Assembly: GCA_044224405.1 (NCBI GenBank)
Contig: JBGAKN010000005.1
Location: forward strand, 15,725-79,724
From: Tagaea sp.
Lineage (GTDB): Bacteria; Pseudomonadota; Alphaproteobacteria; CACIAM-22H2
Length of the DNA: 64,000 nt
Reading direction: 5' to 3'
Shown here: one piece after another, positions 29,187 through 38,026 of the stretch
Numbering within the stretch: position 1 is the first letter of the stretch
Layout: every line of letters begins with the position of its first letter
Notes under the pieces: model-generated
Databases searched by the model: none
Seen by the model: only the letters and a program-made list of their open reading frames with translations
Told to the model about the DNA's origin: nothing
Program-made: the position numbers and the translations under genes

Positions 29187-30032
29187 CTAGCGCTTCTTGA
29201 ACGCGCACACGAGCGAGCGCGACGCTTCGCCGAAGGGCTCGAGCGCGAACGACCCGTGGAAGGACGCCTCGAATCCGAGCGCCTGCGCGATCGCGGAGAG
29301 CTCGCGTACTGAGAAAAACTTGTAAAGCTCGCGCTTCTCGCGGGCGCCGCCGCCGGCGCGTGGCAGGTAGATCGACAGGTTCTGCACGACCATGTGCGCC
29401 CAATCGACTATCGTCGTCTCGTAGAGCGCGTAGACGAACGCATCGCGGTCATCGCCCTTGTGCCAGGTTCGCGTGCGCGTATCCCGCCGTAGCGCGTCGA
29501 GCTGGGTCGGCGAAAGCACGTCGAACTCCATCAGCAGGAGCCCGCCGGGCACGAGAACTCTGGCCGCCTCGGCCGCGATTCGCCGGGGCAACGCCACGTC
29601 GCAGGGATAGAGATAGGACAGCGCGCCGTCGATCGCGATCGCGAGATCGAGCGGCCGATCGGGCCATGCGAACGCGCCGGCCGACATGTTGACGTTCCGC
29701 ACGCGCGTTGCGCCGAGGGCTAATCCCCACTCCTGCGCGAAACGGTGCCGCGAGGCCGAGACCTCGACCCCCGTGCCGCTTCCGAGCATACCCGCCGCGT
29801 CCAGCGCGTAGAGAAGCCTGCCGCTTCCAGCGCAGAGTTCGAGCACGTCTAGGCGGCGGCCGGCCGGCGCGAGCTTGCGGATCGCGTCCACGGCATCGGC
29901 CGACTTCCGCAGCAGCAGCGAACGATATGCCTCGAGTGCCGCGACGTCGGGATAGTTCGACGCGGCCTCGACCTCGGCATAGGCGGCCTCGTTGACCTTC
30001 GGGTCCCAGGTGATCGGCGGATACGGTTCCAT
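29187..30032 (-). CDS. class I SAM-dependent methyltransferase
   Basis: Motif LELCAGSGRLL is present. Start taken at MEPYPPITW to avoid a 56-nt overlap with the upstream gene. Confidence 0.5.
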   Translation of the reverse strand: MEPYPPITWDPKVNEAAYAEVEAASNYPDVAALEAYRSLLLRKSADAVDAIRKLAPAGRRLDVLELCAGSGRLLYALDAAGMLGSGTGVEVSASRHRFAQEWGLALGATRVRNVNMSAGAFAWPDRPLDLAIAIDGALSYLYPCDVALPRRIAAEAARVLVPGGLLLMEFDVLSPTQLDALRRDTRTRTWHKGDDRDAFVYALYETTIVDWAHMVVQNLSIYLPRAGGGAREKRELYKFFSVRELSAIAQALGFEASFHGSFALEPFGEASRSLVCAFKKR

Positions 30033-30045
30033 CTTCTGTACGTCC

Positions 30046-31737
30046 TCAGGCCTTTGCGGCTTCGATCCGCTTGAGAATGCGCTCGGCAGAAAGGAAATCA
30101 CCCATCCTCGCCTCGAAGGTCGGCGCGTCCATGACGATCAGGTCGATGTAGGTAAGAAACTGCGCCATGTCGTCGCCCGACAACTGTTCGAAAACCGACC
30201 GCTGCGCCACATAGGTCGGCTTGTCGTACGGATACGGATACTGGGCCACCCAGTGGTAGACGAAATAGAACAGCAGCGCGAGATCGCGGCGACGCTCGTC
30301 GAGCGACCCCGCCGCCGCGACGGCCGGCAGGCTCTTCAGATGGTCGAAATACTCCTGCCGAGTCTTCGCGTCGTACGTGAAGCCGCGATGCGAATAGACG
30401 ACGTCGCTGGCGACGGCCACGTGCTTTCCCATGGTAGCCATCTCGAGCCCCGTCGAGGACGAGAAAACGACGCCGTAGAGGCAGCGCTCCATCAGCCGAT
30501 AGGTGTTCACCTTGGCTTGGCCGGGGATGATCACGAGCCGCTCACCCGGCGAGATTCCCGACGTCGCGAGCAACTGGTGGACCGGATCCCTGCCGCCCCA
30601 CCAGAGCCCCTCGCCGGGGTGCGCTCGCACGACGACGACTTCGTCGGTCTCGCGCAGCAGGTATTCGACCGTCTGCACGAGCCATTCGCGCATGGTCGGA
30701 AACAGGTTCGTGATCTTCCCATACCCCGCGTCGAACACGACGTTCGGGCAGACGAGGACGAACGGGCGTTCGGGGTCGATACCCGCGGTGCGGAACGCCT
30801 CGGCGGTTGATTGGTCGACCGCGCGTTGGAGCTCCCAGAGCCATGTTTCGGTTGAATTCTGCGACCGCGCGCGAATCGACCCCAAAGCCTGCGCAACGAA
30901 GCGCGAGAAATACGGCTCGGCCGTGTAGCCCAGCTCCTCGCGCTTGCGCCAGATGGCACCAATGTCATCTCCGGCCAGGAAATGGTCGCCGTGGTTGATG
31001 ACCCGCACGCCCCGGAAGGCGAACTTCTCGGTGCCGTTGACCTCGTGCCCGAACTCGCGCAGGACCCGACAGGCGTGCGATCCCTCAAACGTTGTGCCGT
31101 TGCCGACGATGCAAATGTCGTATCGGTGCTTCGAGAAATGGTTCCGGAGCGCGATCTGGGCCGTGCGGCCTGCCGCGTTCATGTGATCCAGCAGCGCCCG
31201 GATGGCCGGATCCTGCATGTCGATATTCTCGCGCTGCAGGGCCATGACCATGTCATAGCGTGCCTGCTTCTCGACCGCGGTCTCGTCGAACGCGACGGGC
31301 GCCAGATCGTCTGACAGGTCGATCGTGCGGATCGCGCCGCGGCTGAGGCGCTCGACCTGCGCCAGCGCCGCCTTGAGATAGGGCTTCGCGGTCGGCGAAT
31401 CGGCCAGCGGTTGCTTGTTCGGGCTCTGCAGCTTTGGCAGGTAACCGAGCGTGATCCGATGCCCGCGCCAGGCGAGCATCACGGCCAGCAACAGATGCGA
31501 CGTGAACACGCCGCGATAAGCCACGAATATGAAGACATGGCGCGACGGCGGCAGCGGTTCGCGGCGAGGCGCGGCGAGGCCGTCGATCCACGCCGGCACC
31601 ATCACGTGCAGGTTCCACTTGTCGTTCGGTAGCAACTGGCGCACCAGCGGCGACAGCAGCGAGATCACCGCACGCCCGACCGGCCCCGGATGCCGATGCG
31701 CATAGAACCGGCCGAAGATCCCGTCGACGAGCCCCAT
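30046..31737 (-). CDS. capsule-polysaccharide-biosynthesis (KpsS/KpsC-like, Capsule_synth) family protein, candidate CMP-ulosonate transferase
   Basis: GT-B-like C-terminus with VVVRAHPGEG and SSSTGLEMATMGKHV. It is a paralog of 31776-33374. Start taken at MGLVDGI. Confidence 0.45.
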   Translation of the reverse strand: MGLVDGIFGRFYAHRHPGPVGRAVISLLSPLVRQLLPNDKWNLHVMVPAWIDGLAAPRREPLPPSRHVFIFVAYRGVFTSHLLLAVMLAWRGHRITLGYLPKLQSPNKQPLADSPTAKPYLKAALAQVERLSRGAIRTIDLSDDLAPVAFDETAVEKQARYDMVMALQRENIDMQDPAIRALLDHMNAAGRTAQIALRNHFSKHRYDICIVGNGTTFEGSHACRVLREFGHEVNGTEKFAFRGVRVINHGDHFLAGDDIGAIWRKREELGYTAEPYFSRFVAQALGSIRARSQNSTETWLWELQRAVDQSTAEAFRTAGIDPERPFVLVCPNVVFDAGYGKITNLFPTMREWLVQTVEYLLRETDEVVVVRAHPGEGLWWGGRDPVHQLLATSGISPGERLVIIPGQAKVNTYRLMERCLYGVVFSSSTGLEMATMGKHVAVASDVVYSHRGFTYDAKTRQEYFDHLKSLPAVAAAGSLDERRRDLALLFYFVYHWVAQYPYPYDKPTYVAQRSVFEQLSGDDMAQFLTYIDLIVMDAPTFEARMGDFLSAERILKRIEAAKA

Positions 31738-31775
31738 GGACCGCCATTTCAGGACCTCGCGGATGCGCCGGAGAA

Positions 31776-33374
31776 TCACGCCCGCCCCCCCAGGCAGCCG
31801 CGCACGACCCGCCAGACGTTGTAGCTGTCGATCGACGCCCCGAGCCATTCGCGTATCAGCTCGACCTCGTCGTACAGCGCCGGGCGCGCGGCAAGAAGCT
31901 GGCGCGCCACCGCCGGATGCAGGCTGCCGTCGAGAACCCGCGTGTCGCAGGTGAGTGTCAGCGTGTCCGCGCCGGCCGGCGGCGCCAGCGCGGTCGCCGC
32001 GAATGCGAAGGCGCGCTCGCTCTGCTCGGCCGTGGGCGGTGCCAGATCGGCGATTCCGCGCAGCAGGCGCTCGTAATCCTCGCGCGAGGTCGCACAGTGG
32101 GTGAAGCCCCAGTCGGTGTACATGCTCCGATCGGCGCACAGCACGGGCTTGCCCATCGCGGCCGCCTCGATGCCGATCGAACCATGGATCGTGACGAAGA
32201 CGTCGGCCGCTTCCTGCATGGCCAGCGAATCGGTCCGCTCGGGTACGATGCGGATATTGGGCGGCAGCTTGCCAATCAGGTCGGAAATCCGGAGGTCGTC
32301 GTACCAGAGGTCGCACGGATGCGGCTTGATAGCCCAGTTGAGATGCGTGAGCGGGCGGATGGTCTCGATCGTATGGAGCAGCCAGTCCAGCGGCTCGGTG
32401 AAATTGCGCATCGCCTGCGTGTGGGGGAAGTCATACCACGCATGGGAATAGACGACGGCGAGCTTGCGCGAGGGATCGAAACCGAATTCGCGGAGGAACT
32501 GCTCGCGCGAACGGCCGCGCTGTTCGGCATGGACCGAATAGCGCAGCACGACGAAATCGGATCGCCCGGCGTAACGCTCGTCGAGATATTCGCGGCCGCG
32601 CGCGACCAGCGCGGCACGCGCTTCGACCGGCAGCGCCTGATACTCGTCAAAACGCAGATGCTCGTTGGGCGCGCGGTAGTCGTCCGGCCGGCGCATGCGG
32701 CGAATACGGATGCTGCCGTAGTGGGCCGTCATGTAGAAAAACGGGACGCTGCGCCGGATCGCTTGCCAGCACAGCGCAGCCCACTCGTTCTTCCAGGCAT
32801 GGCTCGACACGACCCCGGTGACGCGATTGTCGGCGAACAGGCCGGAATAGAAGTCCGACCAGCGCAGGAGGTCGGCGACGGTCTCGCGCCATACCGGATT
32901 GCCTTCGACGGTCGGCTGCGGATGCCGCAGTCGCTTGAGCGCGGTATCGACGAAGACATAAGCCGGCATCTCGTCCGGGAGCTCAAGCGACAGCAGGTCG
33001 CGCAGCGTCCGCGGCCGGCCCAAGATCTCGTCCGCACGGCGCAGATGGCCTTCTTCGGTCGGCGCAGGATGCTCGAAGCGCACGACGCCCAGCGCCTCGA
33101 GATTCCGCCGGCTGTCCGCATAGATGGCCGACGTCGGCTCCTGCATCACGGCAACGACATCGGCCGGACGATCCTTGAGCGCGGCATGAAGGAACATCCA
33201 CAGCCGCAGCCAGTGATTCGGATTCGACCACATGCCCTCGACGACCAGCGTGTCGCGTGCGCCGTGGCTGATCGGCGGACGGCTGGCGCGCAGAAGCGCG
33301 CGGATCGCCCACATCCAGAGGCCATCACGCGTGCGCCGAACGACGGCGCGGAGTCTTTCGTGGAATCGGGACAT
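31776..33374 (-). CDS. capsule-polysaccharide-biosynthesis (Capsule_synth) family protein, candidate CMP-ulosonate transferase
   Basis: Contains WAIKPHP and HGSIGIEAAAMGKPV, paralogous to 30046-31737. Confidence 0.45.
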   Translation of the reverse strand: MSRFHERLRAVVRRTRDGLWMWAIRALLRASRPPISHGARDTLVVEGMWSNPNHWLRLWMFLHAALKDRPADVVAVMQEPTSAIYADSRRNLEALGVVRFEHPAPTEEGHLRRADEILGRPRTLRDLLSLELPDEMPAYVFVDTALKRLRHPQPTVEGNPVWRETVADLLRWSDFYSGLFADNRVTGVVSSHAWKNEWAALCWQAIRRSVPFFYMTAHYGSIRIRRMRRPDDYRAPNEHLRFDEYQALPVEARAALVARGREYLDERYAGRSDFVVLRYSVHAEQRGRSREQFLREFGFDPSRKLAVVYSHAWYDFPHTQAMRNFTEPLDWLLHTIETIRPLTHLNWAIKPHPCDLWYDDLRISDLIGKLPPNIRIVPERTDSLAMQEAADVFVTIHGSIGIEAAAMGKPVLCADRSMYTDWGFTHCATSREDYERLLRGIADLAPPTAEQSERAFAFAATALAPPAGADTLTLTCDTRVLDGSLHPAVARQLLAARPALYDEVELIREWLGASIDSYNVWRVVRGCLGGRA

Positions 33375-33378
33375 CGCT

Positions 33379-33957
33379 CTATGCGGCGCGGATCGCGCCC
33401 TCGAAACGGGTGCGGATATGCGCCTTGGAAAGCGGGATCACGCCGACGCCGTCGGGCATGCCCACCGCAGTACGGACGACAATAACGTGCGGTCCGACGG
33501 TCCCGAAAGCATCAGCGAGCGCCTGTCGCGCTTCGCCGGGCCGCTCCACGGTCCGCACGCTGTCGATGCCTGCTGCGCGCGCAACCGCATCGAGGCGCAG
33601 GCGGCCGGCGGTGAAAGACGGCTGGAAGCCGGTCGAGCCGTTGGCGGCGTTGTCGATGATTATCTGGACGAGGTTTCCCGGCCGAAGGTGCCCCAGCGTC
33701 GCGAAGGCGCCCATGTTCATCGTGACCGACGCATCCCCGTCGATCGCCACGACGGGCCGCGCGGTCGACAGGGCCACGCCCAGCGCCACGCTCGTCGCCA
33801 GCCCCATCGAACCGAGCATGTAGAAGTTCTGGGCGCGGTCGCGGATCCTGAAGAGTTCCTGCGCCGGATGGCCCAGATTGCACACGACCAGGGCATCGCC
33901 GAAAGCTTCGGCCAGTTCCTGGAGCGCCTCGTAGCGCCGATAAGGATTGGTCTTCAC
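33379..33957 (-). CDS. thiamine-diphosphate-dependent decarboxylase, beta subunit (ComE / phosphonopyruvate-decarboxylase-like)
   Basis: 192-aa ThDP-binding C-terminal-type domain (GSMGLATSVALG, GDAS..MN). Confidence 0.6.
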   Translation of the reverse strand: MKTNPYRRYEALQELAEAFGDALVVCNLGHPAQELFRIRDRAQNFYMLGSMGLATSVALGVALSTARPVVAIDGDASVTMNMGAFATLGHLRPGNLVQIIIDNAANGSTGFQPSFTAGRLRLDAVARAAGIDSVRTVERPGEARQALADAFGTVGPHVIVVRTAVGMPDGVGVIPLSKAHIRTRFEGAIRAA

Positions 33958-34520
33958 TTCGCGACCCTCCAGTACGAGAACGGCAGCAGGATCGCCAGCG
34001 AGCTCGCCGCAAGCGCGCTCTCGCGCAACGCGTCGGCGACCAGCGGCAGATCGGAAACGGCACCGGCCGTCGCGTGCCGGATACCCACCAAATCAAAAAG
34101 CGACTGGGTGATGCCGCCCATCATCCTCTGCGCTTCGATCGGCTCGCCATCGCTGCCGCGATGGCTGACGATGAACGTCATCGGCATCGCGTAGTAGTTG
34201 ACCAGAGCCATGATGGCGTTGATCGAATTTCCGAGCCCCGAATTCTGCATCACGATCGCCGGCCGCTTTCCGGCGAGGCCGGCGCCGAACGCGATGCCCA
34301 GCCCTTCTTCCTCGCGCGAAACCGGGCTGTGAAAAACCGCCTGGTCCGTGGCCAAGCGGTCGATGAGGTCGCTGAGAAGCTTGCAAGGCACGGAAACGAA
34401 GAAATCGAGCTTCGCCGCGCGCAGCACGTCATAGAGCGCCGCCGTCGGGTCGGCGGCAACCGGCGCGCTCGGCCTTTGCATAACCATATTCCTGTCACTC
34501 ATGCCTGGTTCACCTCCCAA
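33954..34520 (-). CDS. thiamine-diphosphate-dependent decarboxylase, alpha subunit (ComD / phosphonopyruvate-decarboxylase-like)
   Basis: 188-aa ThDP-enzyme N-terminal pyrimidine-binding-type domain. It overlaps the beta-subunit start by 4 nt. Confidence 0.6.
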   Translation of the reverse strand: MGGEPGMSDRNMVMQRPSAPVAADPTAALYDVLRAAKLDFFVSVPCKLLSDLIDRLATDQAVFHSPVSREEEGLGIAFGAGLAGKRPAIVMQNSGLGNSINAIMALVNYYAMPMTFIVSHRGSDGEPIEAQRMMGGITQSLFDLVGIRHATAGAVSDLPLVADALRESALAASSLAILLPFSYWRVAK

Positions 34521-34524
34521 AAAT

Positions 34525-35904
34525 TCACGCAGCCGCGCGCGATTCGACGAAATCGGCCAACCGGAGCGCGTATGGCGCTTCGAACGGCGTCACGAAAAAC
34601 TCGGTTGCCCGTTTCAACTGGGCGGCAAAGCCGACGTCGCGCGAACGCGCGACGATCTCGGCGACGCCGGCCGCGAGTTCGCCGCGCCCGCTGGCGATCG
34701 CGAATTCAGGCCGCTCGAAAAAGTCGCCGAAATGCACGAATTCCCGATTGATCGACAAGAACCAATTGCCGACATCGGCATCGTCCACGAAACAGAGCGG
34801 CGGCTTGCCGTTCATCGCGGCCTCGAGAAGGATCGTCGAAAGCGGCGAGACGACCGCATCGACGCTGGCCAGCACGTCCCGCGTGTGGCGATAGTCGGGC
34901 GTGGTGATGCCTTGTCGGCCGGCGCCGGCACGTCGGACATACTCGGCCATCGTCGTTTCGAAGGCGACATGCTTCCAGGCGCGGGCCGCGATCCGGCCGC
35001 CATCACGCCCGCAATTGCCCCATGGATGCGGCCGGTAGACGATCGACACGCCGGCGAGCCGGCCGCTTTCGACCTCGCGTTCGAGCACGTCAAGATCCGC
35101 GTACTCGTCGCACCCCTTGCTTGAGCCGGCGTAGAGCACGACGGTGCGCGCCGGATCAATGGCGTGCCGCCGGCAGAACTCGTCACGATCCATCGACGGT
35201 GGCGAACGATAGACTTCGAACTGCGCCGCACCGAACTCGACGACCGATTCGGACGGCATGCCCGCGAACCGCAGCGCATGGGCGCGCGTCTGGGGGCCCC
35301 AGACCAGCAGCCGATCCGGGTGGCCCACCATCGCCCTTTTGGTCGAGGGGTTGTCCCACGAATTCATGATCGCCACGAGCGGCGTGTGCCGACGCCCGAG
35401 GACGTCGACGAGATCGTTCAGATAGAGGCCCGAGAGGACCGTCGGATGCACCACCGCGTCCGGACGCTCCGCTTCGAGCAGGGCCTCGAGCGCCGCGCAT
35501 CCCACGCGCAAGGCCTTCGCCAGCAGTATCCGCCGATAGACGGGCCACACGAACGGTAGGCCGTAGAACCGGTAGATGCGTGCCGTCCATTCGCCGATCG
35601 CGTTGGCGTGGTGGCGCGCCACTGCCGAAGTGTGCGGGTCAAGCCTCCCGCGCAGGCTGTCGATCTGGAACATCCGCTGCCAGATCGCGTTGCGCTCAGC
35701 TGATTCCGGAAGGCGGATCAGGCGGTCGGCAGGCAGCATCGAGATGTCGAGCTCGCGAATGCGCTTGTGGCCTTCCGGAAGGGTCACGTAGCGCACATCG
35801 TGCCGGGACTCGATCTCCGCGAACGCGCCCGACGCGACGAAATGCCGGACGATGATCGGATGATCGAGAAAGACGAGGACCTTGAGGCGTCGGGACACGC
35901 TCAA
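34525..35904 (-). CDS. hypothetical GT-B-like protein (HP motif SIVYRPHPWG)
   Basis: 459 aa. No confident family; an HP motif is shared with 23322, 30046 and 31776. Confidence 0.3.
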   Translation of the reverse strand: MSVSRRLKVLVFLDHPIIVRHFVASGAFAEIESRHDVRYVTLPEGHKRIRELDISMLPADRLIRLPESAERNAIWQRMFQIDSLRGRLDPHTSAVARHHANAIGEWTARIYRFYGLPFVWPVYRRILLAKALRVGCAALEALLEAERPDAVVHPTVLSGLYLNDLVDVLGRRHTPLVAIMNSWDNPSTKRAMVGHPDRLLVWGPQTRAHALRFAGMPSESVVEFGAAQFEVYRSPPSMDRDEFCRRHAIDPARTVVLYAGSSKGCDEYADLDVLEREVESGRLAGVSIVYRPHPWGNCGRDGGRIAARAWKHVAFETTMAEYVRRAGAGRQGITTPDYRHTRDVLASVDAVVSPLSTILLEAAMNGKPPLCFVDDADVGNWFLSINREFVHFGDFFERPEFAIASGRGELAAGVAEIVARSRDVGFAAQLKRATEFFVTPFEAPYALRLADFVESRAAA

Positions 35905-36620
35905 CCGCTCCGTTCGCCCGACGCGAGCAACACCTTCTCGACTGCGGCAAAATCGTCTTCGGTGTCGATCGAGACCGCCGGGCCGTGCGCCACGACCGCG
36001 CCGCTGCGCGCGCCCATGATTGCGCCATGCTCAAGAAGGCAGGTGCGCGAGAACGCGTAACTCAATCCGTTCCGGTAATAGACCGGCACGAGCTGCTGGC
36101 GCGCGATGATCTGGCCGCCTTCGGGGTCCCAATAACGGAGACTGCCGCCCTCGCCCACCACGAGCGCCTTCATCGGATGGTACTTGATGTCGGCAGGCGA
36201 CACGGTCCACACCGCATCGAGCCCCTCGTCGACCAGCTTGACGAAGGTCGCTCGGACAAGGTCGGCGGTCCGCAGCGGCGAGGTCGGCTGCAGCATGAGC
36301 ACCACGTCGTACCGTACGCCGTCGATGCGCTCGCATTCGTGCAGCGCATGGCGCAGGACCTCAAGATCGCCGATGCGGTCGCCCGAAAGATGTTCCGGGC
36401 GACGGAACGGCGCCGCCAGCCCCGATGCCTCGGCGACTTTCACGATCTCCTCGTGATCGGTCGACACCACGGCACGATCGATATCGGCGATCGAGCGCAC
36501 CAGATGGCCGACGCGGGCCACGATCGGCACGCCCAGCACGGTACGGAGGTTCTTGAGCTTGACGCCCTTGCTGCCCCCGCGGGCCGGGCATACCGCCAGA
36601 ATGCGCGCGTTCTTGTACAT
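35901..36620 (-). CDS. N-acylneuraminate (nonulosonate) cytidylyltransferase, NeuA/KdsB-like
   Basis: Canonical N-terminus AVCPARGGSKGVKLKNL of CMP-sialic/ulosonic acid synthetases. Confidence 0.75.
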   Translation of the reverse strand: MYKNARILAVCPARGGSKGVKLKNLRTVLGVPIVARVGHLVRSIADIDRAVVSTDHEEIVKVAEASGLAAPFRRPEHLSGDRIGDLEVLRHALHECERIDGVRYDVVLMLQPTSPLRTADLVRATFVKLVDEGLDAVWTVSPADIKYHPMKALVVGEGGSLRYWDPEGGQIIARQQLVPVYYRNGLSYAFSRTCLLEHGAIMGARSGAVVAHGPAVSIDTEDDFAAVEKVLLASGERSG

Positions 36621-36627
36621 CGGTCGA

Positions 36628-37386
36628 TCAGCGCGACTTGCCGATCACAAAGCCCTTCTGGCGGATCGAATAGTAGATGCCGGGCTTCTCGCCGCCCGAG
36701 GCGATGAAAGCCGTGCGAACGCGCGCAAGCGCGCGGCTCTGCCGATAATGGCAATCCGACTCACGGATGTCGGTGAACCCTGCGATCGCCAGCCAGCTCG
36801 CGATCGCCTTGCGCGACGGAACGTGCGTGACGTTCGAGCTGATATGGTACTTGCGCTTCGTCTCGCCGGTCGGCGACGGATACCAGATCTCGACGCAGTT
36901 CTCGTCCCGCAACCCGCGACGGCGCGCGATGCTGCTTTCGATCGCCAGCAGCCCGTCGGGCTTCGTCAGATCGAAAAGCTTGGTGATCATCCGAAGCTGC
37001 TCGGGATTGTGGTAGAGCACGCCCGTGCACCAGACGAGATCGAACGGCTCGAGCTCCTCGACCCACGGCTCGTACATCATGTTTCCGTAGCGAAGCTCCA
37101 CGCTCGGCCGCGCGATCTTCGAGTACCAGCCGTCTAGATTGTCCTTCTTGTCTTCAAGCTCGATCAGCAGCAGGTGCTCCGGCTCGAGCGTCAGCAGGCG
37201 CGCGGTGTCGCGGCCGTCCTTCGGGCCGATCTCGAGAATGCGCAGCGGCCGTTTTCCACCCAGACGCGCGACGACATCCTCGAACAGCAGAGTTCGATAG
37301 TCCTTCACCGACCAGCCCATGATCCGGCGAATGACATGTTTCGCCGAATCCGGCACCAGGCTACGCAGCATCTGCAATGCGGTCAT
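36628..37386 (-). CDS. class I SAM-dependent methyltransferase
   Basis: Motif ILEIGPKDGRD is present. It overlaps the HAD gene start by 4 nt. Confidence 0.45.
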   Translation of the reverse strand: MTALQMLRSLVPDSAKHVIRRIMGWSVKDYRTLLFEDVVARLGGKRPLRILEIGPKDGRDTARLLTLEPEHLLLIELEDKKDNLDGWYSKIARPSVELRYGNMMYEPWVEELEPFDLVWCTGVLYHNPEQLRMITKLFDLTKPDGLLAIESSIARRRGLRDENCVEIWYPSPTGETKRKYHISSNVTHVPSRKAIASWLAIAGFTDIRESDCHYRQSRALARVRTAFIASGGEKPGIYYSIRQKGFVIGKSR

Positions 37387-38018
37387 CTTGTTCCGACGGG
37401 TTGGAGAAATTTCTGGGGGATCCGGGCTTCAACCCAGTCGGCTGCAGCCACCGGCGATCGACGGAAAAGCGCGCTCGGGCCGTCGTCCACCCTGGCGAAC
37501 GCGCAGCCGCAAGCCGCGGCCGAACGATCGTCGTCGTCACCGTCGCCCACGACAAGGGCGCCAGACGCAGACTCCGCGGCAAGGATCGCGCGGAGATTCT
37601 CGACCTTCATCTCGAAGCCACCACGCGAACCGCGCAGGCGATCGGCAAGTCCAGCCGCCGCAAGGATGGCCTGCAGCTCGTCCGCCGGCGTGGCCGAGCT
37701 GACATGGACGGCGTGGGCGCGCGCGGCGAGCTCGGCAAGAAACTTCCGCGCCCACCCGTCAGCCAGGCGGACGAGGATCGCCTCGCGCACGATCCGCGTG
37801 TAGCGGCCGGCGAATTCGCCCGCTAGCTCCGGCCGCCCGAGGGCCTCGGCAACGCGCGCCATCGTCGTGAACCGATCGCCACGGCCGCCGGCCGCGAAAA
37901 ACCGGTCGAGCGCCGCCGGCGCACCGGGAACGTCGCGCACCGCATCATGGTAAGCGTCGCGCTTCACACCGTTCGAATCGACGAGCGTGCCGTCGAAGTC
38001 GAATACGAGGACCGCCAT
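37383..38018 (-). CDS. HAD-superfamily phosphatase
   Basis: HAD motif I VLVFDFDGTLVDS and C-terminal GDGDDD. Start taken at MAVLVFDFDG. Confidence 0.6.
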   Translation of the reverse strand: MAVLVFDFDGTLVDSNGVKRDAYHDAVRDVPGAPAALDRFFAAGGRGDRFTTMARVAEALGRPELAGEFAGRYTRIVREAILVRLADGWARKFLAELAARAHAVHVSSATPADELQAILAAAGLADRLRGSRGGFEMKVENLRAILAAESASGALVVGDGDDDDRSAAACGCAFARVDDGPSALFRRSPVAAADWVEARIPQKFLQPVGTR

Positions 38019-38026
38019 CGGCGCGA

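Noticed and set aside
33379-34520. Simple annotation of the split ThDP decarboxylase as part of a 2-aminoethylphosphonate (phosphonate) decoration pathway
   Set aside because: No PEP mutase or AEP transaminase is recognisable anywhere in the 64-kb window, so the standard phosphonate interpretation is unsupported here. It is kept as an open question in the findings instead.
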